Shown here piece by piece: positions 1 to 8,502 of a DNA stretch of 64,000 nt. This DNA is from an uncultured bacterium (lineage in GTDB: Bacteria > Krumholzibacteriota > Krumholzibacteriia > LZORAL124-64-63), in NCBI GenBank assembly GCA_963727525.1, contig CAVSGO010000008.1, positions 203,585-267,584 of the forward strand, written 5' to 3'. The notes under the pieces were generated by a model, which saw only the letters and a list, made by a program, of their open reading frames with translations, had not been told where the DNA came from and did no database searches. The translations under genes were made by a program, and so were the position numbers. Every line of letters starts with the position of its first letter. Position 1 is the stretch's first letter.

Positions 1-462
1 GGCCTCGCGATCGCACGAGTGCGGGCCCTGGCCGCCGGGCTGCCCGGTGCGTCGCTGCTCGCGCTGGCGCGCCTCGAAGCGGACGACGTGCACACCGACA
101 CCGTGGTACAGGACCAGGCCAATCCCGAAGCCCGCGTCTCGGGACAGCCCGAGCACTCGACGCCGTGGGCCATGACCATGTCCACGGAGCGCAAGATCCG
201 GGTCGCTATGGAGATATTCGACCTGCAGACCGGCGCCTCGCTGTGGCGTGGCCAGGCCGACGTGCGCGACCGCATCCGGTACGAGTACAAACCGCCCTCC
301 ATCGACCCGCAGGCCATCGCGCGACGCTCCGCTGCAGCTTCCGACAGCGCCATCGTGCGCACGGGCGAGTTCCTCAAGCGGCCCGACATCGTGCCCATGA
401 TCGGCAACGCCTGCCACGACCTCACCACGCGTCTGCCCGGGGTGCCGAAGGACGCGTCGTGA
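1..462 (+). CDS. Hypothetical protein, 5'-truncated by the window edge
   Basis: Frame open from position 1 to TGA 460-462; the stop overlaps the GTG start of the next gene. Confidence 0.6.
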   Translation, partial: GLAIARVRALAAGLPGASLLALARLEADDVHTDTVVQDQANPEARVSGQPEHSTPWAMTMSTERKIRVAMEIFDLQTGASLWRGQADVRDRIRYEYKPPSIDPQAIARRSAAASDSAIVRTGEFLKRPDIVPMIGNACHDLTTRLPGVPKDAS

Positions 463-1649
463 TCACCCTGGCGATGCTGGCGATGCTGGCCCTGCTCGCC
501 ACGCCGCTGCCTGCCACCGCACCGGTCGAATCCACCGCGATGATCGCCTGGCTCGACGATCCGGCCTGGCCCGCACTCGTCGCTGCGGCGGGGCCCGATC
601 AGCAGATCATCGTGGAGTTCACGGCGTCCTGGTGCGGGCCGTGCAAGCTGTTGCAGTCGGAGGTGCTCGACGACCCCGCCGTGATCGCGGAGCTGGCGCC
701 GCTGGTGTGCGCCCGCCTCGATATCGATCGCCCGGGCAACGCCGCCGTCGCCGACCGCTTCGCCATCACCACCCTGCCCACCGTCGTGCTCTGCACACGC
801 GACGGTACGGAGATCGACCGCATCCGCGGTTTCCAGGGGCGCGACGCCTTTCTCGAGAAGCTGCGCACCTTCAAGAGCGGACGCGGCTCGCTGCCGGACC
901 TGCAATCCCGCCTCGCGCGCAATCCGGACGTGCCCACGCTCCAGGTGGAGACCGGCCTGCGCTACGCCGAGCGTCTCGACCTTGTCGCGGCCGCGGAACT
1001 GCTGGAACGCGGCCTCGCCACCTGGACGGCTCCCGACTCGGCCGCTGCCGCCCTTGCCTGGCGCACCCTCGCCGATGTCCACCACCGGCTCGGCGACGAC
1101 GCCGGCGCCGTGCGCGATCTGCGCACCCTGCAGCGCACGTGGCCCGATCACGAGTATCCCGTGGTCACGTGGCGCAATCTCGCGGACTATCAGCTTGCGG
1201 CGGGCGACACGACGGCCTCGCTCGCCGCCCTCGACTCCCTGCTGGCCATCCGGCCCGACGACGGGCCGTCCCTCACCGTTTTCGCCACGACCGCCGCCCG
1301 TACCGGGGTGCGGCTGGACGAGGCCACCGAACGGGCCCGTCACGCGGTCGCCGTCAGCGCCCTGCCCTACCGGGCCATGGACGCGCTAGCCACGGTGCTC
1401 CTGCGCCGCGGCGCCTATCCCGAGGCCCTGCTCTGGAATCGCCGCGCCGCCACTGACGACCCTCACGCCGACGACCGCGCCACGCTCCGCGCGGCGGTAC
1501 GGGAAAGCGCAATCATGGGCGACTGGCGGCTCGCTTCTCCCACCATCGGCACCATCGCTCCGATTCCCAAAACCGTCGTCACGGAGGTTCCGGCGACGGT
1601 ACACGGCGACCCGTGGCAGGTCTCCCGCCCGCCCATCGAACCATGGTAG
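459..1649 (+). CDS. Exported thioredoxin-domain + TPR protein
   Basis: Signal peptide, WCGPC active site, TPR-like helical repeats; start re-set to GTG 459 (GTGA overlap). Confidence 0.85.
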   Translation: MITLAMLAMLALLATPLPATAPVESTAMIAWLDDPAWPALVAAAGPDQQIIVEFTASWCGPCKLLQSEVLDDPAVIAELAPLVCARLDIDRPGNAAVADRFAITTLPTVVLCTRDGTEIDRIRGFQGRDAFLEKLRTFKSGRGSLPDLQSRLARNPDVPTLQVETGLRYAERLDLVAAAELLERGLATWTAPDSAAAALAWRTLADVHHRLGDDAGAVRDLRTLQRTWPDHEYPVVTWRNLADYQLAAGDTTASLAALDSLLAIRPDDGPSLTVFATTAARTGVRLDEATERARHAVAVSALPYRAMDALATVLLRRGAYPEALLWNRRAATDDPHADDRATLRAAVRESAIMGDWRLASPTIGTIAPIPKTVVTEVPATVHGDPWQVSRPPIEPW

Positions 1650-1665
1650 CCGGTATCTTCCAGGG

Positions 1666-2202
1666 TCAGCGGTCCGCGAGCGCGCCGTGGAACTCGTAGC
1701 GGTGCTGACCGTCTTCGATGATGATCTCGAGCTCGCCGGACAGCCCTGCGAGCTCGTCGGTGCCCGAATCGGGCACGACCTTAGCGATCAGGCGCTCGGT
1801 TTCGCCCCGCGCCATCGTGGCGCCATGCTGCAGCACGAAGCTCCCTTGGCGGCCGGCGAGCGTGCCGGTCACCTGCTCCATCGCCACGTATCCGGCGGAA
1901 CCCTCCACGCTCGACCGGTAGCCCAGCATCTGGCCGCTACTGGTGGCCTCGATGTCGCCGTGGTATGTCTTGGTGAGCAAGAGGCGCCCGATCGGGCCGG
2001 CGGCCTCGCTGTCCGGATCCTGCGGGGTCATCGCGACGTCGAAGGTGCCGCGCAGCGTCATCTTGAACTCCTCGGGGGACCGGGTGGATGTGGTATCACT
2101 GTTCGCGGTCGCTGGAAACACCGAGATCGCAAAGGTGATGATGGCAAGGGTGATTGTGGCAGAGGTGATGATGGCACGGGTGCCGATGAATCGAGAACGC
2201 AT
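1666..2202 (-). CDS. DUF3224 family protein
   Basis: GSAGYVAMEQVTGTLAGRQGSFVLQH and VVPDSGTDELAGLSG motifs. Confidence 0.85.
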   Translation of the reverse strand: MRSRFIGTRAIITSATITLAIITFAISVFPATANSDTTSTRSPEEFKMTLRGTFDVAMTPQDPDSEAAGPIGRLLLTKTYHGDIEATSSGQMLGYRSSVEGSAGYVAMEQVTGTLAGRQGSFVLQHGATMARGETERLIAKVVPDSGTDELAGLSGELEIIIEDGQHRYEFHGALADR

Positions 2203-2278
2203 ACGACCTCCTGATCATTGCTTGTCCCTGCAAGTTAATCGCCCCTGACCGGAGCGTCTTGAAGAAACGCGACAGACG

Positions 2279-3106
2279 ATGCTACACCGCAAGACCGAGC
2301 GCCCACGGGGCGTCCTGAAGCTCGCCGAGACCGAAACCACCGGACTCGTGCACGAGCGTTTCCTGCCGTCCGACGACCTCGCTCCCTACGTGGAGCATTA
2401 CTGGCGCGTCGCCTGGGATCGCTGCGATCTGGGGCCGATGCCCGTGGCCACCTTGCCTCACCCGAGCGTGCACATGACCTTCTCCGCCCCTGACGGGGGA
2501 ATCATCGGTGGTCCGGCACGCGCCCGCTTCACGCGCGAACTGAACGACGTGGGCGAGGTCTTCGCCGTGAAATTCCGCCCCGGCGGTTTCCACCCCTTCG
2601 CCGCTGGGCCCGTCTCGCGTTTCACCGATATCACGGTGCCCGTAGCCACGGTCTTCGGGCCGGACGGCGCTGCGCTGGCGCATGCCGTGGTCTCGGCCGG
2701 TGAGACCGCAGGGCGGGTCGCGCTCACGGAGGCCTTCCTGCGTGCGCAGCAGCCTATTCCGGATGCCTGCGTGGCGCGCGCGGCCGAACTCGTGCTCCTG
2801 GTGATGCGAGAACCGGGGATCGTGAAGGTCGCCGATCTGGTCGCGCGCGCGGGTGTCGGCATGCGCACGCTGCAGCGCCTTTTCGCGGAGTACGTGGGCG
2901 TGGGTCCCAAATGGGTGATCCAGCGCTACCGTCTCCACGAAGCCGCCGAGCGTTTGGCAGCCGGCCCAGTGGACCATTCTGCTCTCGCCCTGGAGGTGGG
3001 CTACAGCGACCAGGCGCATTTCATCCGCGACTTCAAGGCCATCGTGGGCGTCACGCCGGCGGCCTACGCGCGGCGGGCGTGTCCAGAAACCTCACATCCC
3101 GACTAA
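2279..3106 (+). CDS. AraC-family transcriptional regulator, divergent from DUF3224 gene
   Basis: C-terminal AraC HTH (RTLQRLF...GYSDQAHFIRDFKAIVGVTP). Confidence 0.9.
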   Translation: MLHRKTERPRGVLKLAETETTGLVHERFLPSDDLAPYVEHYWRVAWDRCDLGPMPVATLPHPSVHMTFSAPDGGIIGGPARARFTRELNDVGEVFAVKFRPGGFHPFAAGPVSRFTDITVPVATVFGPDGAALAHAVVSAGETAGRVALTEAFLRAQQPIPDACVARAAELVLLVMREPGIVKVADLVARAGVGMRTLQRLFAEYVGVGPKWVIQRYRLHEAAERLAAGPVDHSALALEVGYSDQAHFIRDFKAIVGVTPAAYARRACPETSHPD

Positions 3107-3107
3107 C

Positions 3108-4330
3108 GTGCCACGAAGAATGTTGACGGGTCCAGCGCTTGCCTGGGCCCGTCTTCATGAACACCAAAACCCTCACTTCATGCCCCTCGCTTCCTCCCCA
3201 CTGCTCCAACCCTAACTGCAAATACCACAAGCCTCAGCCGCAACCCTGGCCCTTCGCGCTCTTCGGCACCTTCTCCCGAAAATCCCCACCCTACACCGTC
3301 CAACGCTACCTCTGCCTGGCCTGCGGCAGGACCTGCTCAGACCAGACCTTCCGCACCACATACTGGCTCAAACGCGCCGATCTCCTGCCCAAGGTCCATA
3401 AGCACGCCGTCTCTGGCGCCGCCAACCGCCAGATCGCCAGGCTCCTCGACACCTCGCCGACGACCGTCGACAACCTCCTCGCCCGCCTCGGCCGACACTG
3501 CATCCTCTTCCATCGACACCTGGTGTCCCAGGCGTCACCCTTCGTGGACATCGCCATCGACGGGCTCGTCACCTTCGAGCACTCCCAGTACTTCCCCTAC
3601 GAGATCGTCACGGCCGTCGATCGCCCCTCCAGCTTCATCATCCACTTCGCCGAAGCCGAGCGGCGACGCAGCGGGGCGATGACCGACGAGCAGAAATGGA
3701 AACGGTCCCTCTTTGAACAAAACTATGGCCGGCCGGACCCCAGGTCGTTGATGCGGGCGCTGCTCGAGGTGCTCTCGGTCTCGCTCGACGGCGCCGCCGA
3801 GGCCCACATCTGGAGCGACAAGCACAAGACCTATCCCTACGCGATCGCGAAGCTACGGTATTGCAAGGTGATCCACGAGACGATCGACTCCCGTGAGCCG
3901 CGGACGAGTCGCAACCCGTTGTTCGAGGTCAACTTGCTGGACATGTTGCTGCGGCATTGTCTGAAAGACCACACGCGGGAGACGATCGCGTTCGGGAAGC
4001 GACGGCAGCATTCGATCTACCGGCTGGCGATCTTCCTGGTGTGGCGCAACACGATCAAGTTGCGTCGGGAGAAGCGGTGCTGGAGCACGCCGGCGATGCA
4101 GATCGGGATCGCCACGAAGCCCTTGACCGAGGAGGAGGTGTTGTCGCGGCGGCTGTTCGTGTCGCATATCGAGTTGCCGCCGTTGTGGGATGACTACTAC
4201 TGGCGACGGGTCGAGACGCGGCCATTGAAGGTGAACCGGAGGCACAAGCTGACGTACGCCGCGTAGCGGGTCTGTCGGGCGTGGCCGGGAGTACCGGGGC
4301 TCAAGGCGCCAACAACATTCTTCTTGGCAC
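3108..4330 (+). mobile_element. Insertion sequence, IS1-like DDE type, ~1.22 kb
   Basis: TIRs GTGCCACGAAGAATGTTG (3108-3125) and CAACATTCTTCTTGGCAC (4313-4330), 17/18 match; AAC on both flanks (3105-3107, 4331-4333); single transposase ORF. Confidence 0.8.
3157..4266 (+). CDS. Transposase (Zn ribbon + HTH + DDE-like, IS1-related)
   Basis: CSNPNC...QRYLCLACGRT zinc ribbon, RQIARLLDTSPTTV HTH, IDG..F / SDKH..Y acidic motifs, C-terminal TPAM. Confidence 0.75.
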   Translation: MNTKTLTSCPSLPPHCSNPNCKYHKPQPQPWPFALFGTFSRKSPPYTVQRYLCLACGRTCSDQTFRTTYWLKRADLLPKVHKHAVSGAANRQIARLLDTSPTTVDNLLARLGRHCILFHRHLVSQASPFVDIAIDGLVTFEHSQYFPYEIVTAVDRPSSFIIHFAEAERRRSGAMTDEQKWKRSLFEQNYGRPDPRSLMRALLEVLSVSLDGAAEAHIWSDKHKTYPYAIAKLRYCKVIHETIDSREPRTSRNPLFEVNLLDMLLRHCLKDHTRETIAFGKRRQHSIYRLAIFLVWRNTIKLRREKRCWSTPAMQIGIATKPLTEEEVLSRRLFVSHIELPPLWDDYYWRRVETRPLKVNRRHKLTYAA

Positions 4331-4449
4331 AACCTGGGGGGCGCCGACCCGTTCTCGGGTAGGACAACCCACGCGCATGGGGTATGATCTGACCAGGCGG
4401 GTGCGGCCGGAACCGATGGGCGGGCCGGTGACGCAACCGTGGAAGGCGC

Positions 4450-5436
4450 ATGAAGTTGACACAACGGCCTGAAGATCGTGGGGATGCAGCGACCGCCGTC
4501 ATGGTGACGGGCGGAGGCGGTTTCGTGGGGACCACGCTGGTGCCCGACCTGCTCGCCGACGGCCACCGCGTGGTGGTGTACGACGATTTTTCCGTGGGCC
4601 GGCGCCCAGCGCCTGCGGAAGGGCTGCAGGTGGTTACGGGCGATATCCGCGACGAGGCCCATCTGCGCACCGTCCTGCGGGAGCACGCCGTGGCGAGCGT
4701 CATCCATCTGGCGGCCCTGCACTATATCCCCCACTGCAACGCGCATCCGGTCGACACGCTGCACGTCAACGTGGTGGGGACGCAGGCGCTGCTGGAGGCA
4801 TGCCGCGAGGCCGGTGTCGCGCGCCTGGTGTTCGCCTCTTCGGCGGCCGTGTACGGCCCCTCGGAGTCGGCGCATCGCGAGGACGAGGCCCATGCCCCGG
4901 TCGATATCTACGGCCTCAGCAAGAGCATCGGGGAGCAGCAGCTGGCCGCTTTCCACCGACGCACCGGAATCCCGTGCACGGCGGCGCGCCTGTTCAACGT
5001 GTTCGGGCAAGGCGAGACCAACCCGCACCTCATCCCCGAGATCCTGCGCCAGCTCGCCGAGCACGGAGACACGTTGAGCCTGGGCGCGCTCACGCCGCGG
5101 CGGGATTACGTGCACGTGACCGACGTGTCGCGAGCCCTGCGCGTATTCCTGGGCGCCACGGATCCGGGATTCTCGGTCTACAACGTGGGTACGGGCCACG
5201 CCGCCTCGGTGCGCGACATCATCGCGTCCCTCGAGGACATTCTGCGGCGACCGCTGGTGGTGGAGCAGGACCCGGCCCGGCTACGCCCGGTCGATATGCC
5301 ACACCTTCAGGCCGACATCGCGCGCCTGCAGGGCGACCTGGGCTGGTCGCCGGCGACCACGCTCACCGCGGGGCTGCGCGATCTCGTGCAGGCCAGCCTG
5401 CCTGGTGCGGGCGACGCAGGACGTCCGGTACCATGA
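4450..5436 (+). CDS. NAD-dependent epimerase/dehydratase (extended SDR, GalE-like)
   Basis: VTGGGGFVG, HLAA, SSAAVYG, YGLSK motifs. Confidence 0.9.
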   Translation: MKLTQRPEDRGDAATAVMVTGGGGFVGTTLVPDLLADGHRVVVYDDFSVGRRPAPAEGLQVVTGDIRDEAHLRTVLREHAVASVIHLAALHYIPHCNAHPVDTLHVNVVGTQALLEACREAGVARLVFASSAAVYGPSESAHREDEAHAPVDIYGLSKSIGEQQLAAFHRRTGIPCTAARLFNVFGQGETNPHLIPEILRQLAEHGDTLSLGALTPRRDYVHVTDVSRALRVFLGATDPGFSVYNVGTGHAASVRDIIASLEDILRRPLVVEQDPARLRPVDMPHLQADIARLQGDLGWSPATTLTAGLRDLVQASLPGAGDAGRPVP

Positions 5437-6626
5437 AGGTCATGATGGTCGGGCCGTATCCCGTGCATGGCATCGCGACGGGGGGAGTCGCCGCGGTCGC
5501 GTCCGCGCTCGTCGGTGCGCTTGCGCGACGTGACGAAATCGACCTCCATGTCGTGACCACGGCGCCGCCGGGTACGCTGGCCCGCAGCGACGGGCAGATC
5601 ACCATGCATCTGGTGCCCGATTCGGGACGCTGGCGGCGGCTGACGTTCTACCGGTCCGAGCGCGACGCCATCACCCGTATCCTGCGCGAGGCCAGGCCCG
5701 AAATCGTGCACGTCCAGGGCCAGAACTTCTTCGCCGCCGGGGCGCTCACGGCGGGATTGCCGACGGTGGTCACGCTGCACGGCATGCTCGGCCGCGAGAA
5801 GGGGATCGTCGATCGTCGCAGCCGTGTGTCGGAGCGTGTTTCCAAGCTCGTGCGCGGTCACTTCAACGCCCGCTTCGAGACCGCGGTGTTGCTCGACGCC
5901 AGCGACCTGATCATCATCAACCCCTACGTGGCGCGCACAATCGGCGACCGCACGCAGGCGCGGTTCCATGCGATCGACAACCCGGTCGACGACGCGTTCT
6001 TCGACGTGCGCGATGCCGCCGAGCCCGACCGCCTCTTCTTCGCCGGCGCTCTCGAGCCACGCAAGGCGCTGCACCAGCTCATCGAGGCCGTCGGCCTGCT
6101 CTGCGACCGGGGCGTCGACGTGCGCCTGCGGATCGCGGGCATGGATGCCGATCCCGGCTACGCGGCCGCCCTGCGCGCCGCTGCGGCCCAGCGCGTCCCG
6201 CCCGGCGCGGTGGCGTTCCTGGGCGTCGTCAGCCAGGCCGACCTGCTGGAGGAATATGCGCGGGCGGCGCTCGTCGTCATGTCGTCCGTGGAGGAGACGT
6301 CGCCCATGCTGCTGCAACAGGCCATGGCGGCCGGCAAGCCCGTCGTCGCGCCGCGCGTCGGCGGGATCCCCGACCTGGTCGACGATCGGCAGACGGGCCG
6401 GCTCGTACCCGGGGCCGACCCGGCCGCGCTCGCGGACGCCATCGCCGAGCTCCTTGGCTCGGCCCCGGCCCGCAGCGCCCTGGGCGCTCGGGGGCGCGAG
6501 CGCGCGGAGGCGCGTTTCCGGTCCTCGGCCGTGGCGGCGCGCACCTGTGAGGTCTACGCGGCGATCCTGGCGGCCGGCCGCCTGCCGCGGGCCACCGCTG
6601 GCGAGACACGCCAAAAATCCGACTAG
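5433..6626 (+). CDS. Glycosyltransferase family 4
   Basis: ATG 5433 overlapping the upstream stop; EETSPMLLQQAMAAGKPVVAPRVGGIPDLV GT-B motif. Confidence 0.9.
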   Translation: MKVMMVGPYPVHGIATGGVAAVASALVGALARRDEIDLHVVTTAPPGTLARSDGQITMHLVPDSGRWRRLTFYRSERDAITRILREARPEIVHVQGQNFFAAGALTAGLPTVVTLHGMLGREKGIVDRRSRVSERVSKLVRGHFNARFETAVLLDASDLIIINPYVARTIGDRTQARFHAIDNPVDDAFFDVRDAAEPDRLFFAGALEPRKALHQLIEAVGLLCDRGVDVRLRIAGMDADPGYAAALRAAAAQRVPPGAVAFLGVVSQADLLEEYARAALVVMSSVEETSPMLLQQAMAAGKPVVAPRVGGIPDLVDDRQTGRLVPGADPAALADAIAELLGSAPARSALGARGRERAEARFRSSAVAARTCEVYAAILAAGRLPRATAGETRQKSD

Positions 6627-6657
6627 GCAATTGGTCGGCATTAGGATATAATTGCTT

Positions 6658-6676
6658 CCGAATAAGACTTATTCGG
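6658..6676. promoter_or_regulatory. Palindromic operator candidate upstream of glutamine synthetase
   Basis: Perfect CCGAATAAG-A-CTTATTCGG in an AT-rich intergenic region. Confidence 0.5.
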
Positions 6677-6743
6677 CACATGTTAAATATAAATAACGTG
6701 TCGATAAGACTAAATCTACGTACAATAAGAGGAGAGTTCGGCC

Positions 6744-8174
6744 ATGTCCACCCCCCTGCGGGACTTCCTGGAGATTCCCTACGATCAGCTCGAAGAGATG
6801 AACCTCGCGGCCAAGATGGACCGCCTCGCCCGGAAGGACCCGGGCAAGATCCGGGAAGCCCGGCTGAAGTACCTGACGGACGAGAAGCGGATCAAGGCCA
6901 TCACGGTGTGCTTCACGGACCTCGAGGGTCGGCTCCACATGCTCGACTACGACAAGAAGTTCCTCCTCAGGTCGGAGGACAACCTCACCTTCGACGGCTC
7001 CTCGATCCGTGGCTTCTCGCGCCAGGCCGAGTCGGACCTGCGCCTGGCCATCGACTGGCCCGCGTTCTACTGGCTGCCGGCCGATGTCTTCGGACCGGGC
7101 AAGGTCCTCGTCTTCGGCATCGTCAAGGGTCAGGACGGCACCGACTACGTCGCCGATCTGCGCGCGCAGCTCAAAGCGTACGCGGGCGTACTCGCCAAGA
7201 AAGGCATCACCGCCAACGCCGCCAACGAGATCGAGGGCTTTCTCTTCAGCGGCCGCGATGCTGAGCGCCGCTACCGCGAAACCGGTGTCTTCGATTTCAT
7301 CTCCACCGGCGGCTACTACCACTCGCTGCCCGGCGACTCGCTGCGCCGCTTCATCGACAGCTCCGCCGAGGTGCAACGCGCCCTCGGCTTCCAGAACGAG
7401 AAGGACCACCCCGAGGTGGCACCGTCGCAGTTCGAGATGAACTACAGCTACACCGAGGCCACGGTGGCGGCCGATCAGGTGCAGCTCTACAAGCTCATCG
7501 CTCGGCAGGTCGCGGCGCAGATGGACACGACGGCGAGCTTCCTGCCCAAGCCGGTCGCCGGCGTCAACGGCAACGGCATGCACACCAATCTCTCGCTCAC
7601 CAAGGGCGGCAAGAACATCTTCCACGCGGCTCGGGGCCAGGACGGGCTGTCGGCGCAGGCCTGGAGTTTCATCAACCGGATCCTCGCCAACGCCAACGAC
7701 ATCTGCCTCGTGCTCAACTCGAGCGTCAACTCATACCGGCGTCTGGATCCGCACTTCGAGGCCCCGAATCAGATCAAGGTGTCCGCGAGCGATCGTGGCT
7801 CCATGATCCGCCTCCCCATCGGCAACGAGAAGTCGGCGCGCATCGAGGTGCGGTCGATCGCCCCCGACGCGAATCCCTACCTCGCCATCTACACGCTACT
7901 GCGCACCGGCCTGGAAGGGCCGATGTCCGAGGAGGAGGAGGGCAAACGCTCGCGCACCCGCTTCTTGCCGGACAACATCTACGACGCCATCCGCCTCTTC
8001 AAGTCAAGCAAGTGGAGCCAGGAACTTCTGGGCTCGCAGGTGCACGAGAAGTACGCCGAGCTGAAGTCGGCGCAGGCCGATCGCTGCCCCAAAGCCCTCG
8101 GCTCGCGCATCAAGCGCGCCGAGATCCAGTTCCACCACGAGGTGACGAACCAGCAGCTCTGGGCACGGTTCTAG
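6744..8174 (+). CDS. glnA: Glutamine synthetase (type I-like)
   Basis: FDGSSI, HPEVAPSQFE, FLPKP..GVNGNGMHTNLSL, NSYRRL, RIEVR, DANPYL; SD AGGAG. Confidence 0.9.
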   Translation: MSTPLRDFLEIPYDQLEEMNLAAKMDRLARKDPGKIREARLKYLTDEKRIKAITVCFTDLEGRLHMLDYDKKFLLRSEDNLTFDGSSIRGFSRQAESDLRLAIDWPAFYWLPADVFGPGKVLVFGIVKGQDGTDYVADLRAQLKAYAGVLAKKGITANAANEIEGFLFSGRDAERRYRETGVFDFISTGGYYHSLPGDSLRRFIDSSAEVQRALGFQNEKDHPEVAPSQFEMNYSYTEATVAADQVQLYKLIARQVAAQMDTTASFLPKPVAGVNGNGMHTNLSLTKGGKNIFHAARGQDGLSAQAWSFINRILANANDICLVLNSSVNSYRRLDPHFEAPNQIKVSASDRGSMIRLPIGNEKSARIEVRSIAPDANPYLAIYTLLRTGLEGPMSEEEEGKRSRTRFLPDNIYDAIRLFKSSKWSQELLGSQVHEKYAELKSAQADRCPKALGSRIKRAEIQFHHEVTNQQLWARF

Positions 8175-8298
8175 AACGACACCAGATGACGCTGCTCGCA
8201 GGGCAGGCCGCCCAGTCGCCGTGCTACGGAGTCGGCGAGGTCTCTTGATGAGTCATCAAGCCGCCGCCGGTCTCGGACACGATCGCGACGGCACACCC

Positions 8299-8403
8299 AA
8301 AAGTAACCGGCCCGGGCTTGCGCTCGGGCCGGTCGGCGGCTTGCCGGTGGGGGATTGGAGGGAGAAACCGACAAACCGCGCAGCTTAAAGATGCCGCTTA
8401 ATC
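8299..8403 (-). ncRNA. Candidate sRNA with C-rich (anti-SD) loop
   Basis: Minus-strand TTGCGG-N18-TATATT promoter (8439-8410); 13-bp stem (8379-8367 with 8348-8336) around loop UUCUCCCUCCAAUCCCCC; GCAA-tetraloop hairpin (8333-8306) followed by UACUUUU. Confidence 0.55.
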
Positions 8404-8466
8404 TGGGCGAATATATCGCATCGACCATGACATCCGCAACCAGAAAATTGCCCTCGGTGTTGATTC

Positions 8467-8497
8467 GCGGTGCCAATTATTGACGAATTGGCACCGC
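8467..8497 (-). terminator. Hairpin at the end of the RND operon
   Basis: Perfect 12-bp IR GCGGTGCCAATT-N7-AATTGGCACCGC a few bases after the RND stop; no clear U tract. Confidence 0.5.
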
Positions 8498-8502
8498 ATC
8501 CA

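Noticed and set aside
8244-8260. Perfect palindrome CTTGATGA-G-TCATCAAG after glnA
   Set aside because: Short, between convergent ends, no promoter context; may be chance
8467-8497. GTGCCAA/TTGGCAC inverted repeat as a CIRCE or sigma54 site
   Set aside because: Orientation and spacing do not fit CIRCE, and no TTGC at -12; better explained as an end-of-operon hairpin
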